A stretch of 64,000 nucleotides of DNA, from assembly GCF_018350175.1 (NCBI RefSeq), contig NC_058369.1, positions 10,604,001 to 10,668,000 of the forward strand, in the 5' to 3' direction. This stretch comes from Felis catus (lineage: Eukaryota). The position numbers were made by a program, and so were the translations under genes. The notes under the pieces are model-generated. The model did no database searches. It was given only the letters and a program-made list of their open reading frames with translations, and was not told the origin of the DNA. Below are positions 1-10,732 of this stretch, piece by piece (position 1 is the stretch's first letter; every line of letters begins with the position of its first letter).

Positions 1-430
1 ACCACCTCTGTTCATCTCCAGAACTTTCTCATCGTCTCAAACTGAACTTCTGTCTCCTTCAAATACTAAATTTGTATTGCCCCCCCTGCTCAACCCTGTC
101 GCCCACCATCCTACCTTCTCTTCCTAAAACTGATTACCCTAGGTATCTCGTATATGTGTAATTTGTATATTATTGGCCCTTTTGTGCTGGCATTTTTCAG
201 TTAGCATAATGTTTGTGAGGTTCATCTGAGTTATAGCCTGTGTCAGAATTCCATTTATGTAAAAGGCTGAATGATGTTCTACTTTCTGAGTTCACCACAC
301 TTTGTTCATCCGTGAGTTTGTTGATGGACATTTGGGTTGTCTCCATATTTTGGTTACTGTGAATAAAGGTGTTTTGAAAATTGGTGTACAAAAATCTGTT
401 CCGGTCACTGCTTTAAATTCTACTTGGACA

Positions 431-654
431 GGGGTGCCTGGGTGGCTCAGTCAGTTGAGCGTCCAACTTCAGCTCAGGTCACGGTCTCACGGTTTGTGGG
501 TTTGAGCCCCGGGTTGGGTTCTGTGCTGACAGCTCAGAGCCTGGAGCCTGCTTCAGATTCTGGGTCTTGCTCTCTCTCCCCCGCTCACATCTGTCTCTCT
601 GTCTCTATATAAAAAAATAATAAACATTGAAAATTAAAAATAAATAAAAATAAA
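431..654 (+). mobile_element. Can-SINE (tRNA-derived carnivore SINE)
   Basis: ggggtgcctgggtggctcagtcagttgagc head, (CT)n region and A tail; degenerate TSD taaattct..ttggaca. Confidence 0.92.
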
Positions 655-1859
655 TTCTTTTGGGACATATAAGTAGGTACATAAGCAGGAGTGAAACTAC
701 TGGATCAAATGATCATTCTGTGTTCACGTTTTGAGGGGCCAGCACAATCTTTTCCACACTAGCTGTGCCACTTTTCATTCTCATCGGCAAGCACCACAGG
801 GCTGCAATTTCCCCTTATCCTCACCAACAATTATTTTCTGTTTAGTTTTAAAAAATAGCCATTCTAGTATGTGTGTTGTGGTATCACCTTATGGGTTTGA
901 TTTGCATTTCCCTAATGATTAGTCAAGTTTGCCTCTAAGTATTCATACCTATATCTTCTTTGGAGAAGTGTCTATTTGAGTCTATTGCCTTCTTTTTCTT
1001 TTCACCATTAATTTTGTTTTCTAATTTATTTTAAAATGTCAATAGCAGTATGGTTAACATACAGTGTAATACTAGTTTCAGGTGTACAATATGGTGATTC
1101 AGCACTTCCGTCCATCACCCGGTGCTCATCAGGACAAGTTTACTCCCTAATCCCCAACATGTATTTCACCCCCCCCACCCCCCCACGTCCGCTCCAGTAA
1201 CCATCAGTTTGTTCTCTATAGTTAAGAGTCTGTTTCTTGGTTTGGCTCTCTTTTTCCCCCTTTGCTCATTTGGACCATTTCTTAAATTCCACATAGGGAT
1301 GAAATCATATGGTATTTGTCTCTCTCTGAATGACTAATTTCGTTTAGCATAAGACCCTCTAGCTCTATGCACATCATTCCAAAAACAAGATTTCATTTTT
1401 TATTGGCTGAACAATATTCCATTGTGTGTCTACATGTCACACATCTTTATTCATTCATCTATTGGCGGACACTTGGGCTGCTTTCATATTTTGGTTTTTG
1501 TAAATGATGCTACTATAAACATAGGGATGCATGTATTCCTTTGATTTTTTGTTTTTGTATTTTTTTTGGTAATGACCCAGTAGTGCAATTACTGGATTGT
1601 AAGGAGGCTTTATTTATGCCTTGAAGGAACCTCTATACTCTTTTCCACGGTGGCGGCTCCAGTTTCTATTTCCACCAACGATACCAGAGGGTTTCATTTT
1701 TTCCCAAATCATTGCCCACACTTACTGTTTCTTTTTTTTTTAATCTTTTTTTTTTAAGTTTTTATTATGGCAGCATTGAGTCACTCTATTGGACACCTGC
1801 AATGAATATTACACTGTATGTCAGGTAACTGGAATGTAAATAAAAGGGTTGCCTTTTTA

Positions 1860-2078
1860 TTAAAAAAATTTTTTTCAACGTTTATTTATTTTTGGGACAG
1901 AGAGAGACAGAGCATGAACAGGGGAGGGGCAGAGAGAGAGGGAGACACAGAATCGGAAACAGGCTCCAGGCTCTGAGCCATCAGCCCAGAGCCTGACGCG
2001 GGGCTCGAACTCACGGACCGTGAGATCGTGACCTGGCTGAAGTCGGACGCTTAACCGACTGCGCCGCCCAGGCGCCCC
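1860..2078 (-). mobile_element. Young felid-type Can-SINE
   Basis: CpG-rich and near-identical to the copy at 22139-22363; TSD aagggttgccttttta on both sides. Confidence 0.95.
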
Positions 2079-2635
2079 AAGGGTTGCCTTTTTAAATTGA
2101 GTTGTTTGGGGCTTTGCTGTGCAATTTTTGACATTCCTTATATATTTTGTATATTAATCTATTACCAGATGTGTGATTTGCCGATCTTTTCTGCCTTTTG
2201 TTGGTTGTCTTTTCACTTGGGAGAGTGCCCTTTGATGCACAAATATTTTTAATTGTGCCCAAACACTTTTTTCGCTCGTTGCCTGTGTCTTTGGTGTTAT
2301 ATACAGGAAACCATAGTCAAATCCAGTGTCATGTAGATGTACCTCTGTATTTTCTTCTAAGTGCTTGCAGTTAATTTCTTTATGCTTCAGTCTGTGACCC
2401 ACTTGGAGTCATGCTTGTAGATGGTGGCTGGAAGGGCCTGCTTCCTCTTTTTGCACGTGGATATCCATGTTTTCCACCACCATTTCTTGGACAGGCTGTG
2501 CATTTACCATTGAACTGTCCTGACACACTTGTAAAAATCATTCAATTGTGTATATTTGACTTATTGCAGGGGTTGCTCGTATTCCATTGAGTTATATTTC
2601 TGTTTTTGTTTTTGTTGTTGAAAGCAGATCAGTTT

Positions 2636-3762
2636 GGGGGAGGGACCAGGATGGTGGAACAGCATGGTAGTTTTTTTTTGTTTTTTTTATCTCTCGTCCC
2701 TGAAATGCAGTCAGCTGAACACTAAACCATCCTGCACACCTAGAGCACTGATTTGAGGGTTAACACAACAATCTGCACAACCTGAACCACAGGACTGGGC
2801 AGGTATGTGGCCCAGAGAGGTGAACTGGGGGAGAGAGAAGCGCGGAGTGTAGGGAGCTGTCTTTGCATGCGGAGACGGGACAGACACAGAGGTAGAGTAT
2901 GGGAAAAGCACCCCCCACCCTGAAAGCAGCTGTAGAGAAAATGGAAGAGTGGAAATAGCCACAAAGTACTGAACAAGAAAGGGAGAATGGAGAAAGGAGA
3001 GGGCTTAAATTCCATTAAGACTCTATAAACAGGGGGAGCGCAGAGTCTGAAACTCCATAGCTTGATACCTGGTGGTGCTCTGGTAGGAGGGTTGGATCCC
3101 CAGGAGAAGAGAGCAAGGTCCAAGAGGTCCTCGGGCCACACAGGGAGTGGTGGTTCCCCTGCTGGGATGACATTTGGTAGAGGCTGTGTGGCCTCCCCAA
3201 GGGAAAGGTCCCAGCGGACCCTGGAGAACAACCTCTTTCATTGGTGTTAGAACACCAAGGTACACAAAGGTAAAGAGTGAAGACTGGCACCAGATGTGTG
3301 TTGTGATTTACCATAATCCCTGAAACGCTGCTGCTACATGACCGTGCGAACATTCCCTGGGGGTGGGCTGGCACCCAGCCATTGCTCAGCGAAACCCTCC
3401 CCTGGAGGGGCAGAATGGGTCAAAGCCACAGTCCCTCAGAAGTGAGATAAAACTCAGGAGAGAGGTGCCACCTGGCCACCTGACAGCTTGGTCACAGACA
3501 GTGTAGAAGCCAGGAGCAGATGGGAGCCAGAGACAAAGGAGGGGTGTGTGATTGCCTGTCAGGAAGAGCACAGAGTTCCGATAGTAGAGGCTGGGTAGCT
3601 GGGTGACACCATTTTTACCACTCCTGTGCGTGCACATACATGCCTACACAGGTCACAACAATCCACCCCACTAAGCTAAGCTGTGCCATCTAGTGGAGAA
3701 TGGAGACTTTACACTAAACCTGGCTAAACTGGGCCAACTGCACTGTTGACAAACACCACAGT
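2636..3762 (+). mobile_element. Solo LINE-1 5'UTR fragment (3'-truncated)
   Basis: Starts GGGGGAGGGACCAGGATGG and aligns by eye to the reverse complement of the L1 5'UTR at about 23250-24416. No ORF1, ORF2 or polyA follows. Confidence 0.85.
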
Positions 3763-4164
3763 TTTCTTTGACTATTGTTGTAACAAGAGTCTGTGTCTAA
3801 CATTGTCCCAGGATGAATTTTCCATGAGGAGAGCTTGATCCTGGACATCCCATCAAAAATCTTCCTTGATGCTCCACTATTTTTATAAGTATGTGTGAAA
3901 CCTGTAGCCAAATATAAGCCTCTGCTCCCTGGAGGCTAACTGCTCAGTGTCATGTTTCAATTGTCATACTTGTCCCCTGATTATTGGTCAGCAAGTATGA
4001 AGTATTTCCCACAATGGCTGCCTGATACTTCCTCTTAGAGTGCTCTTACCCCCTTCTCCCACATCAAGAGTCAGGACAGGCAGAAGCTTGTTTGTGCAGC
4101 CTTCATTCATCTCTTCTGGAAAAGTTAACTAGGGTTGTATTCTCTTCATCAGAAAATTCATTTA

Positions 4165-4450
4165 TTTTTTATTTTAATTTAAATTTTAGATAGTTAACAT
4201 ACAATGCAATACTGGTTTCAGGAGTAGAATTCAGTAATTCATCACTTACATGCAACAGCCAGTGCTCATCACACATGCCCTCCTTAGTACCGAACACTCA
4301 TCTAACCTGTCTCCCAGTCACCTCCCTCAATCAACCCTCAGTTTGTTCTCTATCTCTAAGAATTTCTTATGATTTGTTTCCCTTTCTCCACCCCCCTTCT
4401 GACATATTTATCTGTTTTGTTTCTAAATTCCACATATGAGAGAATCATAT
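4165..4450 (-). mobile_element. Carnivore L1 3'UTR fragment (paralogues near 14138-14505 and 52660-53030)
   Basis: T-rich tail followed by ggtttcaggagtagaattcagtaattcatcacttaca, matching the 3' ends of other L1s in the window. Confidence 0.75.
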
Positions 4451-4492
4451 TAAAACACCACGTCTCTGTGGAGAAGAGAGAAAAGGACTATT

Positions 4493-4513
4493 TCATTAAT
4501 GAGACGCATGGGA
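4493..4513 (+). promoter_or_regulatory. Candidate OR promoter homeodomain + O/E motif, degenerate (copy A)
   Basis: TCATTAATGA G ACGCATGGGA; the paralogues read ACTCATGGG. Confidence 0.5.
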
Positions 4514-6397
4514 CTTCAATGCCTTCAGCTACAGGAAATGAAAATGTCTCTGCTGCACCTACTGAAGTGGACTCTTGTAATCTCTGGTGATTCTGTATCT
4601 TCCAGAACCTTCACAAGTGGGGCCATGTCTCTTCTCTTCCTGGGGATATACCTACCAAACACACCAATCATCCACGGGAGAAAGTGGGTCAGTCACCTAA
4701 CATCTAGGTGAGCCATGGCATCTCCAGAAGTGCTGGGAAAATATGTTATGGTGGGAGGAACCCCGTTACTGGTGATTATTTTGGGGGAATCAAAGGGACA
4801 ATTAGTTAAGGAGAGTTTAGTGATGCCAGCTTCGCCCATTAGGCTTTGATTCTGGAGGGCAACTCTGGATACATTAAACCATCTCTCCCTGATCTGTCTC
4901 ATCCAGAGTTAGTGCTTCATCAATGGGCCTTCATCTCTCAACAGTCTTTCCTCTGTTTTCATTTCTGATTCTTGCATCGTTGGGAGTGACTGTTTATCGT
5001 TATTGAACCATTTGTTCATTGCAGTCATTCAACAAACATCTTTTTCTGTAATTAATGTATGGTAGACAGTAGCATTTATTCTGTGAACAAATACATGACT
5101 AAGGCAGTGTTTCTTCTGTCAAAGTACAAACTGTGGAAACAGAGTGAGAGATGTAAAAATAAATAAATGTGATAATGTGAGGTTGCACTGAAATCTGGGG
5201 AAGTAGATCCCCAAGTGTTAACTCTTTATTTTATTTTTAATTGTTTTTTGAAAGGAATACTTTTTCATGGGTGTTAGTGAAGTGTTCGCATATAAGCCTA
5301 TAAGTACTGAGGCTTGCCAGTGTTGTTGGTGTCCTTTCAGGGGGACGAGGAGAGTGAGCAGTCCAGGGAGAAACAGCAGCAGAGGAAATTTAAAGATTAA
5401 GTAAAGCAGAAGTTGTGTTGCTTGATTTAGAAATACTTCTTACTGTTTCACTATCAATCAGGAACTGGGTATGCAAAATAACCCACAGTAGCCTGGCTGG
5501 GTAGGCAACAGTGAGACCAAAGAAATTTACGTTTTGGCTAGAAGGTTGAAATTTAATTCTGAAATTACTGATGAGTAAGTGCAGGTTTTATATTAAGGAC
5601 AGCTATGAACAGGTCTGCTTTCTGGAAAAGTGACCCAAATGATTGGGAGGAAGAAACTATTGCTGCATTCAGAGTGTGAGAGGGATATTGATGGATAGAA
5701 ACAACACTATGAGCATGAGATGGGAGGCAAGACAGGTCTCTGAGGGGGTGGAATTCGTGGATACGACTATATCAAGTTGAAAAAGTTTCCTTCTATCTTA
5801 GTTTATTAAATGTTGTTATTATGAAAGAATGCTCAATTTTGTCAACATTTTTCTGCAGTGGAGATAATCATGTGCTTTTATCCTTTAGTCTGTTTGTGGT
5901 GTATTACCTGAGGGATTTTCATAAATTAAACCATCCTTGCTTTCCAGGAATAAATCCCACTTGGTCATGATGCATAGTCCTTTTCTACATCATGAACAAA
6001 AGTCTGCTATGTCTGGTTTGGTAGTGTTTAGTCAAATATTTCCACATCAATATTCCTTGGCAATATTGTTCTGTACTTTTCTTGCAATGTCTTTATTTGG
6101 CTTCAGTATCTGTGCAATGCTGGCCTCATGGAATGAAGTAGGAAGTGTTTCCCTTTATTTTTTTGGAAGATATTGAGAAAGATTGGTGTTAATTCTAATC
6201 CAGTGTGGTTTTGGAGATTCTAATCCAAGAGTAGTCCATTGGATGCCTACATAACAAAATGCAATTCTGCTAGGAGAAAGAAGCTTGACTCATGGTGTAG
6301 TCTGTCGCCTGTTTTCTAAAGGGTTATGCTTCAGTTACAATGGCACACAACACCGAAATAATGGAGAACACTCTCTATGTCTCTCTCCCTACCTGCC

Positions 6398-6400
<3 letters not shown>

Positions 6401-6445
<45 letters not shown>
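6401..6445. repeat. (TG)n microsatellite (paralogous tracts near 17132, 45252, 57474-57513)
   Basis: Direct dinucleotide run. Confidence 0.95.
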
Positions 6446-6449
<4 letters not shown>

Positions 6450-7392
6450 GAGAAGCTATCAATAAAGTACCCACATGCAAAGCATTTATAGGAAGCTGAA
6501 GGTATCTTTTGCAATAAAAAATTGAGAATGGAGACCAACTGGAGACTGAGAATAAAGAGAGAGAAAGAGAGAGAATTACAAAGGAATGAATTATCTTCCA
6601 TTTGTATACATTACATAAAATTTCTCCAGTTGTAGACAGACATCATATATAACACATATGTATAAAAACGACAATGAACTGAGGTGTCCATTGTCTTAGA
6701 ATGTTTCCACAGAAGCAGGAGTCTTAAACCTCCTCTGTCTCTCATCTGACATCCAATATCTACTCCTGTTGTGTTCCCTGCTCAGCTTTCTCTGTGATGT
6801 TTCCTGATGGTATCCGGTGAGCTCTTCTCTCAAGGTCTTGGCTCAGGCTATTTCTCCACCTTAGCAGGTTTTCTCAAAGTCAGCTGCATGGTTCATACAT
6901 CCACTGCCCTCAGTTTTCCAGCTGAGAAGCCCCAATCAGAGATGATACAGCGGCAAGTTGTTCCTTCACTTAACTAGCTTGTCCTGAACTATTTTACTTA
7001 TTAGTTATACCCACCACTTTAAACATCATTCATTTGTTTATTAATATTCTATTGATTTCTCTGACACACTCACATCATAGACTCAATCTTATTTAGGGCA
7101 AACAAACATCACTACTTCTTGCAATGTTTCAACCGTATGTGTCACAAGATAATTGTTCAATATTTGCTGAGTGAGCAAAAAATGTCTCAGTAAATTCATG
7201 GAGGAGAGCATTGCTTTGGATAAATGTTTTGATCAGGACAAGGAATGCAAATCAGTTTCAGCATCATGGAGAACATGGAGTGTTTGAGATAGATTCCCTG
7301 TAATTTTCTGCTAAATATTCTAGATTGGTAGGTAATGCATAAGTATGATGAACGAAACACGTTGAAAACAGATCACATCACTTCTTTCTGTC

Positions 7393-7610
7393 TTTTTTTA
7401 AAAAAAAATTAAATTTATTCATTTTTTGGAGAGACAGAGACAAGTGTTAAAGCAGGGGCAGAGAGAGAAGGAGACACAGAATTGGAAGCGGGCTCCAAGC
7501 TCTGAGCTGTTGGCACAGAGCCCAATGTGGGGTTCACAGCCATGAACAACAAGATCATTACCTGGGCCGAAGTCAGATGCTTAACCGACTGAGCCACCCA
7601 GGTGCATCTC
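7393..7610 (-). mobile_element. Can-SINE unique to copy A, about 60 nt upstream of the acceptor
   Basis: Ends cttaaccgactgagccacccaggtgcatc; absent at the paralogous sites of B-D. Confidence 0.9.
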
Positions 7611-7686
7611 AAAGATTTTCTTTCAATTCTGTGATCACTGCCTTTACAACGTTCTTGTCTCTGTTACAGTCATTTTCATCAGTTAC

Positions 7687-8652
7687 ATGGAAGGTAGAAA
7701 TGAAATGCATGTTACATAATTTATCCTCCTCGGACTCTCAGATGAGGGGGGCTGCAGTCACTTCTCTTTTGGCCATTCCTGTCCATGTACCTGGTCACCT
7801 TCACTGGGAACCTGCTCATGATCCTGGCCATTATCACGGACTCCCGCCTCCACACGCCCATGTACTTTTTCCTCTCCAACCTGTCCTTTTCAGACATCTG
7901 TTTCACCTCCACCACCGTCCCAAAGATGCTGCTGAACATCCAGACGCAGAGCAAAGTGATCACCTACGAAGGCTGCCTCAGTCAGATGTACTTTTTCATG
8001 CTTTTTGGAGTATTAGACCACTTCCTCTTGACAGTGATGGCCTATGACCGGTTTGTGGCCATCTGTCACCCACTGCACCACATGGTCATCACGAACCCCA
8101 AGTTCTGTGGCATCCTGCTCCTAGGATCCTGGATACTGAGTGTTCTTGACTCTCTATTACATGACTTACTGATTTTGCGACTCTCCTTTTGCACAGAGCT
8201 GGAAATCCTTCACTTTTTCTGTGAACTTAAGCAGGTGATCCAACTTGCTTGCTCTGATACGTTCCTCAGTGACCCGATGATCTATCTCGCAGATGGACCT
8301 CTGTGTGTTGTTCCACTCACTGGTATCCTGCTCTCTTTCTCCAAGATTGTAACCTCCATTTTGACAATTTCATCAGCCAGCGGCAATATACAGCATTTTT
8401 CCATGTGTGGGTCTCATCTCTCAGTGGTCTCCTTGTTCTGTAATATAGGACTTGGGGTATCTTGGTATTGATGCTTCACAAAACTCCAGCACATCTGCCA
8501 TAGCCTCTGGCATGTACACAATCATGACACCCATGCCTAACCCCTTCATCTGTGGTCTGAGGAGCAGAGACATCAAGCAAGGCCTGAGAAAGCTCTTTAG
8601 CCAAGAGACATTCTGTGCATACAGAATTCTTTGTTTCAAGATAAAGACTTGA
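7687..8652 (+). pseudogene. Olfactory receptor family 7 pseudogene (copy A)
   Basis: ATG at 7687 is paralogous to the starts of B-D. Lesions: TAA at codon 11 (7717-7719); a 1-nt loss in the G run near 7746-7751 (6 G vs 7 G in D); a compensating -1/+1 shift near 8386-8400 (GNIQHFS vs GKYKAFS); a 2-nt loss near 8459. OR motifs [26 protein letters not shown] and FFCE are retained. The ancestral stop is at 8650-8652. Confidence 0.95.
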
Positions 8653-10682
8653 GTAAGAAGGCTCAAAACCTTAGAAGACTTAGATCATGATATTTGCATT
8701 AGTTCATAGACTGACAATCTGCAGTCTAACATTCTACAGTGTTCAGGCTCTTTAATTTTTCATTCGTAATCAACAACTATTCCTTCTGCATTTCTTTATA
8801 AAATTGTAGACCTCTCATTAAATTCCATTGCATGGATTTTCAGTGATAAATCAATAATTTAGGAAATTGAGTACTTAAAATGTGATAAGAAGAGACAAAG
8901 GAATAAATGTAGAATCCTTCTTCTCTGAGATGAAAGCAGCTTCATTAGAGTATTCTGCTTTGGGAGAAAAGCATCGAACATATCAGAGTGTACATAAGAG
9001 TTTCCATGGTTTCTGTCATTTCATCTTGGAAAGAGATCACATCTGCAACAGTAGAGGCACAGGAAACCCTGTGATGACGTTTACAATACTCCACATTCAC
9101 TATGCAATATCTAATTTTACCTTGCACCATCCAAAACATCAATTAAGTGTGTAGGTAATAGAAATGATGACTCCTGATTTTCAGGCATTGATGGTGTCAT
9201 TCTTGGTGATTATCCCAGGGATGCATTATGAGTTTTCTTTTAATATTTTGGTAGGCAGGAGCACTGCCTTTCACAGATGATAGAAGCAGTATGGATATTT
9301 TACGTATTTTCAGTCAAATTTTTGTATGTAGCATCTCAGAAATCAGGCAGTAATAGCAGGATATAATTACGGACCTAACCTGTGCTTTATGAGACAGAGT
9401 AAAGCAAATGTCTCATCATCACCTGACCCTAGAAGCCACCACTTTGGTTTGTAAAAGTCCACAGCTCTCTCTGCACACTAGTATTCAGATAAATGTTTAA
9501 GGAGCTCTCACTCAAACGTAAAGACTAAAAGAAAGAGGTAAAGCAGAGAGAAGAAAATAAAATCAAATAAAAAAGAGATCTTCATTGCAGCTTTACCAAG
9601 TTCCCCTGTGTAATTACTCTCATCTTGCCCAGTTTCAAGCTACCAATTTTAGTTCAGACCACAGTCCTCACAAACCATTATAAGCTAGCCAGTGCCATCA
9701 TCTCAGAGCCTTTGGGTTGGGTTTGGAGGAAAAGTAAATATTTCTTGTCATTTTCATTCCTCTCAGTGGTAACTGGTTCCATCCATTGAGGATCTGAGAC
9801 AGTGAAGTGCCTTAGGTCTGAAAGTCAAGAAGAGATTATGACGTTACATTGCAGTGATTCAGGTCAGGCTTTTTTTTTTCCCCAGAAGAATGAGAGGGTT
9901 TTAATTGTTTAAGTTTCTTTTGGTTACTCAAATTGGATGAGCCCTTTGTAAGATTCTCATCATTTTTTTTCATGGAGACACCGTGATGAATTTTCCCTTT
10001 CGAGAAATCTCTGTGGCTCAACCAATTTGGATGAGAATGATTAACTTTTACATGCTCTATGAATACCATACCTTGGATGGTTTTGACTGCTGAGGCCTCT
10101 GGAAGTTCAAGATGGGCTGGAGTCAGGACAAGGCATTTCAATTTCAGCATGTCCATGGTAAGTCTGTCATATGGGGGAGAACTCTGTAGAACTTGTGAAG
10201 GACGACATTGTCACCTTCCCCAAGGTAGTTTCGATATCCTTATGAATTTTATGTTCTCTGAATCCTTATATTGAGTACACTTAGTGGTTGAGGTATTGAA
10301 TCACAGAAGATAAAGCCATCACAACACCCTTGTCTCCTTGTACTTTGGATTCTTTCCTCTACATCTTTTTAACCTATTTATGGCACTGAAATTCTTTCAG
10401 AATATGTCACTGTTTTAGATTCTTTGTGTCATGGTAAAATACATATAAAATTTATTATTTTAAACATTTTAAATATACTTATGTGGCACTAAGTACTTTC
10501 TCACTGTTGTACAACCACCACCTCCGTCCATCTCCAGCATTTCTTATGGTCTCAAACTGTACCTTTGCCTCCTTGAAATACTATCTCCCCATTGTCCCTT
10601 AGCCCATCCCCTGTATCCCATCATCCTACCTTCTCTCACTAAATCTGAGTACTCTAGGTATTTCATATAGATGGCATTGTAT

Positions 10683-10687
<5 letters not shown>

Positions 10688-10730
<43 letters not shown>
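10688..10730. repeat. (TG)n microsatellite
   Basis: Direct run. Confidence 0.95.

Positions 10731-10732
<2 letters not shown>

Larger units (their letters stand above)
1..2630 (-). mobile_element. Old, degraded L1 3'-end fragments with a nested carnivore L1 3'UTR piece (part of the duplicated unit; paralogues near 10430-12480, 28670-31990, 49380-51780, 62060-64000)
   Basis: Minus-strand remnants of the L1 ORF2 C-terminus and 3'UTR (e.g. gatttgcatttccctaatgattagt, ggagaagtgtctattt). Subfamily is not assignable by eye. Confidence 0.7.

Noticed and set aside
431..510. tRNA-like A/B box sequences
   Set aside because: These are heads of tRNA-derived Can-SINEs, not tRNA genes.
7577..8047. Alternate-frame and antisense ORFs overlapping the OR genes
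   Set aside because: By-products of OR codon usage and recent paralogy; no independent support.
7785..8471. 228-aa ORF as a functional short receptor
   Set aside because: It is an internal fragment of pseudogene A, lacking the N-terminus and TM7.
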